This document shows, piece after piece, positions 1 to 9,276 of a stretch of 64,000 bases of DNA. The position numbers and the translations under genes were made by a program. Source of the DNA: an uncultured Chloroflexia bacterium (GTDB lineage Bacteria > Chloroflexota > Limnocylindria > Limnocylindrales > CSP1-4). A model generated the notes under the pieces. The model was not told the DNA's origin, ran no database searches, and worked only from the letters and a program-made list of their open reading frames with translations. The stretch spans positions 150,820-214,819 of the forward strand of contig CAVTHS010000004.1 in NCBI GenBank assembly GCA_963734535.1. The letters are read 5' to 3'. Within the stretch, counting starts at the first letter, position 1. The number at the start of each line of letters is the position of its first letter.

Positions 1-221
1 TGGAGGACGTTCGCCCGCTCGATCGGGGCCAGCTTCTCCCACTTCCGCTGGGCTTTGTCGGCGAGCTCGATCGCCTCCCGCGCGTCCTCGACCGACGAAT
101 CGGGGACGTTCGAGACCGCCGCGCCGGTGGCCGGGTTCTCGACCGCCAGCGTCTTCTCGCCCGAGGCGCTGACGAAGCGACCGTTCACGTAGTTCTGGTA
201 GAGGCGGGTAGCGACAGCCAT
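1..221 (-). CDS. Aldehyde dehydrogenase (AldA/lactaldehyde dehydrogenase-like), N-terminal part, truncated by the window edge
   Basis: Manual translation MAVATRLYQNYVNGRFVSASGEKTLAVENPATGAAVSNVPDSSVEDAREAIELADKAQRKWEKLAPIERA is a typical ALDH N-terminus; GGAGGA RBS upstream of ATG at 221. Confidence 0.85.
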   Translation of the reverse strand, partial: MAVATRLYQNYVNGRFVSASGEKTLAVENPATGAAVSNVPDSSVEDAREAIELADKAQRKWEKLAPIERANVL

Positions 222-342
222 CGTGATCCTCCGTGTTGACCGGCCGCATCCTGGGGGCGCGGCCACGACCGTGGGTGGCAGTGCGCGGAGCGGGGTCAGC
301 CCTCCACCCGCTCCGCGCCCGCCGTTGACATCAGACGCAGAC

Positions 343-1479
343 CTAGCCGAGGACGAGCGCCGACAGGCTCAGGTCGGCATGGGTGGGGCTTCCGGGCTCC
401 GAGCAGCCCTGCTCGCCGAAGGCGAGATAGCCAATCGTGGGCAGGACGCCGACGGTGTGCTCGAGTTCGCCCGGGATCTCCCGGATCCGGTCGCCGAGCG
501 CGATCGCGCGGCCACCGCAATGGGCCAGCAGGACGGCCTTGGGGTGCTTCACGCCCTTGGCCGCCTCGTGGACGGCATTGCCGGCCTCCGCGACCAGCCC
601 GTTCACCGATGCCTCGCCCAGCTCCAGCTCCATCCCGTCTTCCATGGCCGCCCCGAAGTCCATCGAGCCGTCCGCGTTGCTGTTGACCGGGTGGGCGGAG
701 TAGGCGATCCCGCCGTGCCGGAACAGCAGGGGATACTGGACGCTGAACGAGACGAGGGCGCCGCCGCCGATCTCGGATTCGGGCTTGGCCACCCACTCGG
801 AGTAGACGTCCATCGCGCGCCGGCCGTCGAGCTCGAACACCTTCCGGCCCGAGGCCCGGGTCACCTTGGCCTTCTTGCCCGTGACCCGATAGCCGTTGGT
901 GAACGCGTAGCCGACCTCGCCGCCGAGGGCGGCGACGGCCAGGTGGTCCTTGAACGCGTGGCCGTTGGCGATCTGCTGGAACTTGCTCTCCGCAGCGTGG
1001 TCCGAAGCAGAACCGCCGACAACCGGCACGCCCGGGGCCACACTTGCGATCCCGCGCAGCAGCTCCTCCTCCGGCCCCATGAAGGCGAGGGTCAGCAGCG
1101 CCCCTGGGGTGCTGCCGAGCTGCTTCACGACCTCTTCGGCAGCCTTCCTGCCGGCGGCGAAGGCGTCATCGCCAACGGGCACGACCGCGACCGCCCCCGC
1201 CCGGTCGGCGATCAGCATCAGGCTGGCCGCCCCGCCGGCGCTCGTGACCCAGCCGTCGTCCCGGAACACGCCGGTGGACGACGAGCCGCCCCACATGGGG
1301 ATTCCGCCGAGCAGCTCGGAGACGCTGCTCGCAAGGGCATCCGTGTCGTACTGCGACGTGGCGAAGAGGATGGCCAGGGTCGGGGCGCCTTCCAGCCCGG
1401 CCTTCGCCTGTGAGACGAGTTCGGCTGCCGCCGCCCGCGGATCCGTGGACGTCGTGCTGCCGGTTCCAATGCCGCTCAT
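343..1479 (-). CDS. Stand-alone FIST N/C-domain protein
   Basis: 378 aa; motifs GGSSS, PVVGGSASD, VTRASGRKVFELDGRRA, HCGGR, GYLAFGEQ typical of FIST domains. Confidence 0.85.
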   Translation of the reverse strand: MSGIGTGSTTSTDPRAAAAELVSQAKAGLEGAPTLAILFATSQYDTDALASSVSELLGGIPMWGGSSSTGVFRDDGWVTSAGGAASLMLIADRAGAVAVVPVGDDAFAAGRKAAEEVVKQLGSTPGALLTLAFMGPEEELLRGIASVAPGVPVVGGSASDHAAESKFQQIANGHAFKDHLAVAALGGEVGYAFTNGYRVTGKKAKVTRASGRKVFELDGRRAMDVYSEWVAKPESEIGGGALVSFSVQYPLLFRHGGIAYSAHPVNSNADGSMDFGAAMEDGMELELGEASVNGLVAEAGNAVHEAAKGVKHPKAVLLAHCGGRAIALGDRIREIPGELEHTVGVLPTIGYLAFGEQGCSEPGSPTHADLSLSALVLG

Positions 1480-2888
1480 GAGAGTGCCTCCTGCAACGTT
1501 TCCGGACTGATCTGCCTGGAGCCCGGCAGCTGTCCGGTTTGACTGATCTGGCCGAGGATCGCCGCCCCGAGCAGCGAAGACTGGTCCTGGAACTGGTACT
1601 CGAAGTCGCCGGTCCAGCGCCGCCTGGCTTCGAGCATCCCCCGAATCCTGGCCCCGCCGCCGGAGATCCCCACCCTGTGGCCGAGATCGACGACCTCGGC
1701 GACTTCTGCGAGATGCCCGCCCAGGTATCTCGCGTTGCCGCGGACGACGCTGAGCAACAGGTCGTCGCGCGTGGTCTGGAGCGTCAGGCCGCTGAAGCGG
1801 CCGGTAAGAGGCTCGAGGGAGTACCGGCTGCCGCCGATGTAGGGGACGTACTCGGGGAGATCGGCTTCACGGGCGTCCGGATCCGGACCCAGGAGGAACG
1901 CATCAAGCACGCCGGGAACGTAGTGGCCGTAGAACTCGTCGGCGTCCAGCTCGCTGCAGGCGGTCCGGCGGAACCAGTCCAGCGCCTCGCCGCCCGCATT
2001 CAGCACGAAGAACGTGAGCCACCGACCCGGGATGACGTGGCAGCGGACGTTGAAGGTTGGGGATGCGATGGGGCGGTCGGTGCACACGCTGGCGATGTCG
2101 CACGTCCCGCTGATGATGTTGATGTCGCCGCGCTCGGTGAGGCCCCCGGAGAAGGCGGCGAGCACCGCGTCGTTGCCACCGCAGAGGACCGTGCAGCCGC
2201 GAGGCAGGCCAAGCTCGTCGGCGACGGCGGGCCGGATGGGACCGACCGGCTCATGGGACTGCCGCAGCGGCGGCAGCATGCCCTCGTCGATGCCGGCCAG
2301 ACCGAGGACCGCCTGGTTCCAGGTGAGGTCGTTGCTCGCCGTGTTGTAGAGGCCGGTGATCGAGGTCGTCGACGGATCGATCGCCCAGCGGCCGGTCATC
2401 CGCTTGACGAGATAGGTGTTGCAGTGGCCGAACTTCGCGGTCGCCGCCCAGATGTCCGGGCGCTCGTCCCGGAACCAGAGCATGGACGACAGCGACGAGC
2501 CGCCGGACACGGGAAGATTGCACGTCTCGGCCAGGAACCTCCTCTCTCCCACAAGGGCACGGATGGCGGCCGACTGCGTGCGCGACCGCCCGTCAAGGAA
2601 CAGGACGGCAGGCGCGAGCGCCGTGCCGTCGCCCGCCATCGGCGTGAGTCCCGGAGTGGTGACCGACAGGGAGACGACCTCCACGCCGGCGAGGCTGGGG
2701 GACGCCTCCGCGCAGCACTCGCGCAGCGCCTCCCACCAGACCGCAGGGTCGACGTCCGCCTTGCCGTGGTCGTAGAGGTGCGGGGCGTAACGGCGCTGCG
2801 CCTCGGATCGCTTCACCAGGTCGGCACTGAAGACGGCGATCTTGAGGGCGGTCGTCCCGACGTCGATGGCGAGGATGTCTCCGCTCAC
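1476..2888 (-). CDS. FGGY-family carbohydrate kinase (xylulokinase-like)
   Basis: GTG start overlapping the upstream stop; ILAIDVGTTALK, GGNDAV, ISGT, PYIGGSR, ISGGGA motifs. Confidence 0.9.
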   Translation of the reverse strand: MSGDILAIDVGTTALKIAVFSADLVKRSEAQRRYAPHLYDHGKADVDPAVWWEALRECCAEASPSLAGVEVVSLSVTTPGLTPMAGDGTALAPAVLFLDGRSRTQSAAIRALVGERRFLAETCNLPVSGGSSLSSMLWFRDERPDIWAATAKFGHCNTYLVKRMTGRWAIDPSTTSITGLYNTASNDLTWNQAVLGLAGIDEGMLPPLRQSHEPVGPIRPAVADELGLPRGCTVLCGGNDAVLAAFSGGLTERGDINIISGTCDIASVCTDRPIASPTFNVRCHVIPGRWLTFFVLNAGGEALDWFRRTACSELDADEFYGHYVPGVLDAFLLGPDPDAREADLPEYVPYIGGSRYSLEPLTGRFSGLTLQTTRDDLLLSVVRGNARYLGGHLAEVAEVVDLGHRVGISGGGARIRGMLEARRRWTGDFEYQFQDQSSLLGAAILGQISQTGQLPGSRQISPETLQEALS

Positions 2889-3788
2889 GACAGGAGTCCC
2901 TCGGCGCTGAGGAGCGCCTTCAAGGCCTGGACCTGTCCCGAGTCGAGCGGAAGCAACGGTCGTCGCGGGATGCCGCCCCGGAAGCCTGCCAGCGTCATCG
3001 CTGCCTTGACGCCCGCCACCCCATGGGTCCCCGAGATCGCCGCGTTGATGCGGCTGACTCGATCCTGGAGCGGGACCCCATTCGGCTCGTCGCGGGCACG
3101 TCCGTAGCTCGAACAGCTGCAGGGCGAGCTGCGGGAACGAGTTGGCGAGCGAGACCGTGCCGCCGGGCGAGCCGCCCAGCATGGCCCGGAACAGGAAGTT
3201 GGCCGAGCCCGCCAGCACGTGGAACGAGGGGCCCTGGAAGGGAAGGAAGGCTTCGATGCCACTCGACGCGCTGTCCTTGAGGCCCACGATGTTTTCGTGG
3301 GCTGCGAGGCGTCCAACCAGGTCAGGGCTCAGCGTGACACCGCAGAAGCCCGGCGCGTTGTAGAGGAGAAGCGGGACCCGCGCGTCGTCCGCCAGGGACG
3401 AGAAGAAGCGGTAGAGGACCTCGTCGGTCATCTGCGCCCGGAAGTAGCCCGGCGACAACACGAGCCCGAAATCGGCCCCGATATCTGCCGCAGCTGCCAG
3501 GAAGCGCTCCGCTTCACGCTGGCCGTCGTACGCGGCCCCGGCGAGGACCACCTGCGCAGGCCCCTTGTGCCCGACGACGGTCTCGAGCACACGCAGCTTC
3601 TCGCCCTCCGCCAGGCTCCGGTTCTCTCCGTTGGACCCAAGCGCGAGATAGCCGAGGATCCCGCTCTGTGCATAGCGCGCGAGGTTGAACCGGAGGGCGT
3701 CGTAGTCCACGTCCTCGTTCGGCGCGAAGGGCGTGCTGATCGGCGCGAATACGCCGGCGAGCCTGGACTGGACATCACGTCCGGCCAT
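2885..3788 (-). CDS. DHDPS/NAL-family aldolase (4-hydroxy-2-oxoglutarate aldolase-like); one frameshift near 3107
   Basis: GVFAPISTPF, LGSNGE, LLYNAP, GLKDS; the C-terminus (GVAGVKAAMTLAGF..PRRPLLPL) continues in ORF 2885..3316. Confidence 0.85.
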
Positions 3789-4586
3789 CACGTCGCCTCG
3801 CGGATCTCGCGGCGGCCATCCTCGGCCGTCTCGATCGCGTCGGCCCCGAGCTCGCTGGCAATTCCCCCAGCGACAGCCCGCACCCGTTCGCCGAAGTACT
3901 CGAGCCGATCGTGGATCCGGAAGTGGGGCCCCGCGATGCTGATGGCGCCGACCGGCCTGCCGTCGGCTCCGATGATCGCCGCTCCCACGCACGCACCGAA
4001 CGGCTCGTTCTCGCGGTCATCGGTGGAGTAGCCGCGGCACTCCGTCCGCCGGATCTCCTCCCGGAACGTGGCCAGGTCACAGATCGTCCGATCCGTCCGG
4101 GGCAGAAAATCCATGCGTGCGTAGATCCGTTCGCGCTCCACGCCGGGGAGCGCGGCGAGCATGGCCTTGCCCAACGACGTGGAGTGAAGCGGCATCGTCT
4201 GGCCGACCGCGGAGACCAGCTGGATGCTGTTCTCGGCCTCCAGCTTGTCCACGTAGATGATTTGGAGGTCCTCGATCACCCCAAGGTGCACGGTCTCCCC
4301 GAGCTCATCGCGAAGGGCTGTGAGGTGCGGGCGCGCAATGCTCCGGAGATCCAGGCCAATCGTGACGCGGTGGGCCAGCCACAGGATCTTGCCGCTGAGG
4401 CGATAGCGCCGCGTCGACTCGTTCTGGGTCACGTACCCGGCCTCGACGAGCGTCCGAAGGAGGCGTGTCACGGTGGCCTTGTCGAGGCCCAGCCTGCTGG
4501 CCGATTGCCGATGGGCCGAGCCCGTACCCGTCTCCGCGCGCCAGCGTCTCCATGACATCGAGGCCGCGACTGAGGGTCCGAGTCAC
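3788..4586 (-). CDS. IclR-family transcriptional regulator; frameshift near 4495
   Basis: TLSRGLDVMETL..GPSAIGQQAG / LDKATVTRLLRTL HTH; ETVHLG, PLHSTSLGKAMLA effector domain. Confidence 0.9.
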
Positions 4587-4592
4587 CGCTGT

Positions 4593-4605
4593 TTCACCTA
4601 GTGAA
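4593..4605. promoter_or_regulatory. Putative IclR operator TTCAC-CTA-GTGAA
   Basis: Palindrome just upstream of the iclR start and downstream of a minus-strand TATAAT at 4629-4634. Confidence 0.55.
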
Positions 4606-4842
4606 CTCACGGTACGGTGTGCGCACTCATTATAGCGGCCGTTCAAGCCCGGGGTGGGTAGTCCGCGCAACTCCTGGAATGCCTCGGGCCGGTGCGTACA
4701 TGAGCTTGCCGTCGTGCGGTATGTCGGCAGCCCACAGGACCCCATAGGCCTTTCAGTCGATTCCCCGCCGGGGCCGGCGTGTGCACACTGCAGACAGGGC
4801 CACGGTCCATCCCACGGCAGGTTCTGGCGTGGTGTTGAGCCC

Positions 4843-6165
4843 GTGAACGCTTGGGATGTGGTGTTGGGCACGCTCGCCGAAGAGGCGCGATTGCGACTTC
4901 AGCGGCTCCGGAGTCTCCTCGAGGCTAAGGAGTACTTCGACGTGGGCGCGAGCGCGCGCTTCAGGGCCGTCCACCGTCGCGTGACCTGGCAGGCGAGCAG
5001 GGCCGCGATGTTGGTCATCGGATTCGGGGCGCCGCTTCACGTCGTTGTTCTCACGATCCTCCATCCGTCCGCATTCGTCCCGATCGCGATGGTCGACACT
5101 GTGCTCGCTGCGGCGGCAGCGCTCGGTTGGTGGTGCCTTGGTGGTGTACTGCGACACTGGCCCGAGCCCGTCGCTTTCGTCATGAGCCTGGCAGTCGGGG
5201 CAGCGGCGATGCTCCTGGCGGTCTCTGGTCCTCACCTCGTCGCACTGGCGGTCGGATACCTGCTCTTCATCCCGCCGGTCGTAGCGCTCGTCGTCCCATG
5301 GCGCAGCCAGGCGGAGGTTCGCTGGCTGGCCGTCTACGGGGCTGCCGTCATGGTCTTCCTCGCGACCGTCGCCCCGGATGGCTGGCCTGCCGCCGCCGAG
5401 CGACGCGACCTGGTCGTCGCGCTGCTGGTGTCGCTGGCGGCGGCCTTCACCGGCCACGCGCTGGTGTTCCGGCGCCAGGTGCGCAGCTTCGCGCAGGTCC
5501 AGGCCCTCGGAAGGCTTCAGCGCCGTGAAACGCGCCAGTGGGCCGAGCTCCAGCGGGTCCACAGCTCGCTGGAGGTTATCGCTCGCACCGACGATCTGAC
5601 GGGCACCGGCAACCGCAAGAAGCTCGACGAGGATCTCAGAATCGCCCGCGGTCGTCTTGCCCGCACAGGTGGCCGCTTCGGGCTCCTGGAGATCGACCTT
5701 GATCACTTCAAGGCGATCAACGACACCTTCGGTCATGTTGCCGGTGACGAGATCCTTCGGCGGGTCTCCAGCGCCCTGCGCGACGCCGTTCGCAGCGACG
5801 ATGCCGTGTATCGCTTCGGTGGGGAGGAGTTTCTCGTTCTCCTTGGCAACGTGTCGGGCGGTGTTCTCAGCGCAGGTGAACGGGTCCGCGAGGCCGTCGA
5901 GGACCTGGGCCTGCTCCATCCTGCGAACGCGCCGTTCGAGCACGTGACGGTCAGTGTCGGCGCGTCCTTGATCAGTCGGGCCGACCTCGCTGCGAGCAAT
6001 GACGAGTGGTTCAGTCGCGTCGACGTCGCGCTGTACCAGGCGAAAGCCGATGGGCGCAACCGTGTCGCCGTCGCGCAGCCAACCGCGGCGATCGTCGAGG
6101 TCCGCACGCTCCGGGCGAATGCGGCGCCTGTCCCCAGGGTCCCGTCCCTCCAGTACCTCCCGTAG
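4843..6165 (+). CDS. Membrane-bound diguanylate cyclase (GGDEF)
   Basis: Several hydrophobic helices, then TDDLTG..NR, DLDHFKAINDTFGH, RFGGEEF, ALYQAKADGRNRV; RxxD I-site (RSDD); start codon uncertain. Confidence 0.92.
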   Translation: MNAWDVVLGTLAEEARLRLQRLRSLLEAKEYFDVGASARFRAVHRRVTWQASRAAMLVIGFGAPLHVVVLTILHPSAFVPIAMVDTVLAAAAALGWWCLGGVLRHWPEPVAFVMSLAVGAAAMLLAVSGPHLVALAVGYLLFIPPVVALVVPWRSQAEVRWLAVYGAAVMVFLATVAPDGWPAAAERRDLVVALLVSLAAAFTGHALVFRRQVRSFAQVQALGRLQRRETRQWAELQRVHSSLEVIARTDDLTGTGNRKKLDEDLRIARGRLARTGGRFGLLEIDLDHFKAINDTFGHVAGDEILRRVSSALRDAVRSDDAVYRFGGEEFLVLLGNVSGGVLSAGERVREAVEDLGLLHPANAPFEHVTVSVGASLISRADLAASNDEWFSRVDVALYQAKADGRNRVAVAQPTAAIVEVRTLRANAAPVPRVPSLQYLP

Positions 6166-6201
6166 CGACGCCACCGTGGATTCGCTGAGAGAGCAGGCGA
6201 C

Positions 6202-6612
6202 TTGACGGGCGAGCCTGTCCATGTCGCGCGCGACGCTCGGGTGGCCAACGAGCACCTGGCGCTCATGGAGGGCAGATGCCGCGGGCTCCTGGAGTCCGCT
6301 CCGGACGCGATGGTGGTCGTCAACCCGGCCGGCGAGATCGTCGAGCTCACGCCGGACCTCGTGAAGCTCGACATGGGTCTCATCCGTGGGATCAACGCCG
6401 ACCCTGCACGCCAGGCGCTCGTCGCCGGGATGGGCTACTTCGCCACGAGGCGCAAGATCCGCCTGGTCGCCGAGGGGATCGAGACCCTCGCCGAGCTCGA
6501 GACGCTGCGCTCCCTCGCGATCCGCTACGGCCAGGGCTACCTCCTGGGCCGGCCGCAGGATGGTCGCGGGCGGGGACCGTGGCCGACGAGCATCGCCGTC
6601 CCCGCGTCGTAG
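6202..6612 (+). pseudogene. Internally deleted PAS-EAL phosphodiesterase remnant
   Basis: PAS start (LLESAPDAMVVVNPAGEIV) fused directly to the EAL C-terminal part (PDLVKLD, VAEGIET, GQGYLLGRP); EAL and DDFG motifs absent. Confidence 0.7.
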
Positions 6613-7170
6613 CTGCCACGGGCAGCATCGCTTGCGGGTCCTGCGTGCGGCTGCTCGACCCCGGACAGGACGGGTTGATCGTGTCGGGCTTTCGGCCCAG
6701 GTCCGGTTGAGAACGCCGAAGGTCAGCCGGGCACCATCGCACCGTCGAACCGATCCGCGTCGACGCCGACACGGATGAGGTGAAGCGGCAGGGCACTCAT
6801 GACAGGCACTCCCCCCCCTGATCTCGCACGGGACGACGTGGATCTGATCGGGCACGGGTAGACGAACCTCGACCGAACAGCCCGGGCCGCGCCAGCCGTG
6901 CGATGCGAGTCCCCCGGGTCGATCCCGATGACCGTAGTGGACCACGGCGGGTCCCGGATGCGGTAGCCCCTACGTTCGAATCTCGCGTGATGATCGACCG
7001 AGCCTCCGCGTCCCGGCCTGACCCCGATGAGGTCATTCGGTCGGACCTCATCCTGGATACGAAGACTGATAGAGTCACGCCGCAGTTCTCCTCGACGAAC
7101 AGGTCGTCCGGGATGACAACGGCGGGAGGGTCGAATCCGTGTCCATCACCGGGCGCACGTGGCGCGCGTA

Positions 7171-7590
7171 ATGCACTTCAGGGTGGCGGCCGTGACGCTC
7201 GTGGCGGTCGGCTCGATGGCGATCGCGGGCTGCGGCGGGGGCAACAGCAGCACCCAGTCCCCATCGTCGAGCGCGGCGTCGCCGGCTCCGGTCGCGGCGT
7301 CAGCGACAGCGGGGACGGGCTCGGGCTCCTGTGGTGAAGCCACGGCTGCCCTCGTCAAGCAGCACCTGGCCAGACCGGACGTCGTCTCGGTCACGACCGA
7401 GGGCGGGTGCCACGATGCCACCATCGTCACGTCGCTGGGGCCGGGAGATTCGGCGACGGGTCTCGCGATCTGCGACAGCGCCGCCGACGTGGCCTACACG
7501 GGTGACATCAGCTCGATCACGGTCCTCGCTGCGAACAACAAGGAGCTGGCGATCGGCATCAAGGGCCAGCCCTGCATTGGTGAGCCGTAG
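7171..7590 (+). CDS. Small lipoprotein of unknown function
   Basis: Signal peptide with lipobox IAG-C, Ser/Ala linker, small domain with 4 Cys. Confidence 0.75.
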   Translation: MHFRVAAVTLVAVGSMAIAGCGGGNSSTQSPSSSAASPAPVAASATAGTGSGSCGEATAALVKQHLARPDVVSVTTEGGCHDATIVTSLGPGDSATGLAICDSAADVAYTGDISSITVLAANNKELAIGIKGQPCIGEP

Positions 7591-7760
7591 CAGCCTGCCG
7601 CCTCGCGGACCCGAGCCCGCCGTGGTTCGGGCCCGAGAGCCGGGAACCGCGCCCACCGGGCCAGGGCAATATCCATGGAGATCGAGGCGCGAGCGACACG
7701 GCGATGCCGGTCCGGGCAGAGCCGGACCGGCATCGGTCGGGAGGGGGAGGAGGAGGAGGG

Positions 7761-8651
7761 TCAGCGTGTGCGGGACCGAGCTCCAGCGAGGCGGAGCGCG
7801 CCGAGCGACACGACCCCGAGGAGGGCGACGAAGCCGAGCACCAGCGTAAGCGAGGTGCCGGACGGTGACGTCGTCGCGCCCGCCGTGGCGGTCGGCGGTG
7901 GCGTCACGGTCGGGGCTGTCGAGGCCACCGGGGTTTCCGAAGGCATCGGCGCGGTCGGGGTCGCGGTCGCGTCGACGGCGACGATCGCCTTGAGGCCGTT
8001 CCCCCCGACTGCCGGGCTCGCCGCCGAACCGACGACGAAGACGCTGTAGCTGTTGCAGTCGGCGACGTTCAGCGTGCCGAGCGCGAGCGCGACCGTCGTC
8101 GTCGCGGCAAGGCGGACGTCGAGGTCATAGGCGCCCGCCTTGACCGCCATGTAGCCGGTGTTCTTCGGATAGACGAGGCCCTTCACGATGGCAGCATCGG
8201 CGGCCGAGCCGTTGGGTGCCACGTCGACGGCCGGCGCATCGGCGCTGAGGTGGATTGCCCGGATCTGGGCAGTGGAGCAGGAGGCCGCCGGGTCATCGAC
8301 GATGACCTGGGCCTCGATCTTGGCCACCGCGTTGGTGGCGGCGACGGTATACGCCTTGCCGGCGTCGAGGGTGAGGTTCGCGTCGATGACGGCGCCGGTG
8401 GTGGTGCCGGTCGCGAAGACCTGCACGTGGTGGGCGCCAGCCGGAATGGTGAGGTAGTCGGAGATCACACCGAAGGGGACGGAGGTAAGGACCTTCGAGT
8501 CGTCGACGACGACGTCGACGGCCGGGGCGTCGGGCGAGCCGTGGAGGACGCGGACCTTGGCCGTGTCCGCAGCTGCGGCACTGCCGACGGCCCCGAGGAA
8601 GAGCGCGCCTGCAACGGCAAACGCCGCGAGGGATCCGATGCGACGGTTCAT
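7761..8651 (-). CDS. DUF4397-domain secreted/membrane-anchored protein
   Basis: Signal peptide; two repeats VRVLHGSPDAPAVDV / IRAIHLSADAPAVDV; Pro/Thr linker; C-terminal TM helix. Confidence 0.9.
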   Translation of the reverse strand: MNRRIGSLAAFAVAGALFLGAVGSAAAADTAKVRVLHGSPDAPAVDVVVDDSKVLTSVPFGVISDYLTIPAGAHHVQVFATGTTTGAVIDANLTLDAGKAYTVAATNAVAKIEAQVIVDDPAASCSTAQIRAIHLSADAPAVDVAPNGSAADAAIVKGLVYPKNTGYMAVKAGAYDLDVRLAATTTVALALGTLNVADCNSYSVFVVGSAASPAVGGNGLKAIVAVDATATPTAPMPSETPVASTAPTVTPPPTATAGATTSPSGTSLTLVLGFVALLGVVSLGALRLAGARSRTR

Positions 8652-8718
8652 GGGCGAATGCTTCCTTTCGTCGATCGCGCTGGTCGAGTGCCCAGCATCG
8701 GTTGGCTGACAACCCCTC

Positions 8719-8746
8719 TTCGGGCGTAACCAGCGCGGCGGATTGG
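8719..8746 (-). promoter_or_regulatory. Putative SigK-like ECF promoter (CAATCC-N16-CCGAA)
   Basis: Resembles the mycobacterial SigK consensus CCATCC..CCGAA; lies ~70 nt upstream of the DUF4397 gene. Confidence 0.45.
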
Positions 8747-8753
8747 TGTCGAG

Positions 8754-9240
8754 GTGGCGCTGGCGGGTGGCGCGTTCGGCTCAACCCTCGTCTTCAACGT
8801 GCCCCTGCCGCGTGGCGCTGCGGCCCGGCGACTCCTCCTTCAGCATCGGGGGGCACCAGCAGGTGCTCTTCACCCGCAACCTGACGAGCTACTGGGAGAC
8901 CGACTTCAATACGATCCTCGGGCTCACCAGGGCCGGTGGCGGCCGGCTGGTACGGGCTCAGCTCGACAGCCTTGGCGACGGCATGACAAGCGCGGGCGCG
9001 CTGGACGAGACGTTGGCCCGCAGGTGGGAGCAGGTCTTCGACCGCGCCAGCCTGGATGGCCTGTACGTCCTGGGCAGGCTGTCACGCTCTCCGTGCCGGG
9101 ACTGCTCGTCGACGCCGGCACTGGCGCTTCCATGACACGGCCACGGCACGAAGATCACGAGCTGGTCGGTCGTGACCAGGCAGGGGCCGGGGATCACCAT
9201 CAGCCTGCCCGACTTCACGGACGACATCGCGCTCAGATGG
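8754..9240 (+). pseudogene. Degraded, internally deleted glycoside-hydrolase-like gene remnant
   Basis: Protein-like segments in shifting frames (GALDETLARRWEQVFDRASLDGLYVL; VDAGTG; ITISLPDFTDDIALRW) with no complete ORF. Confidence 0.4.
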
Positions 9241-9276
9241 CCGCCCTGCCACGGGCGGGCGCGCGTCCGGACAGTG

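Noticed and set aside
1476-3992. 838-aa aldolase-kinase fusion in the ORF track
   Set aside because: Artefact of the frameshift near 3107; the aldolase has its own stop at 2885 overlapping the kinase GTG
7030-7170. Possible riboswitch or tRNA-like sequence before the lipoprotein (GGTCGAATCC)
   Set aside because: No cloverleaf or known aptamer consensus could be built
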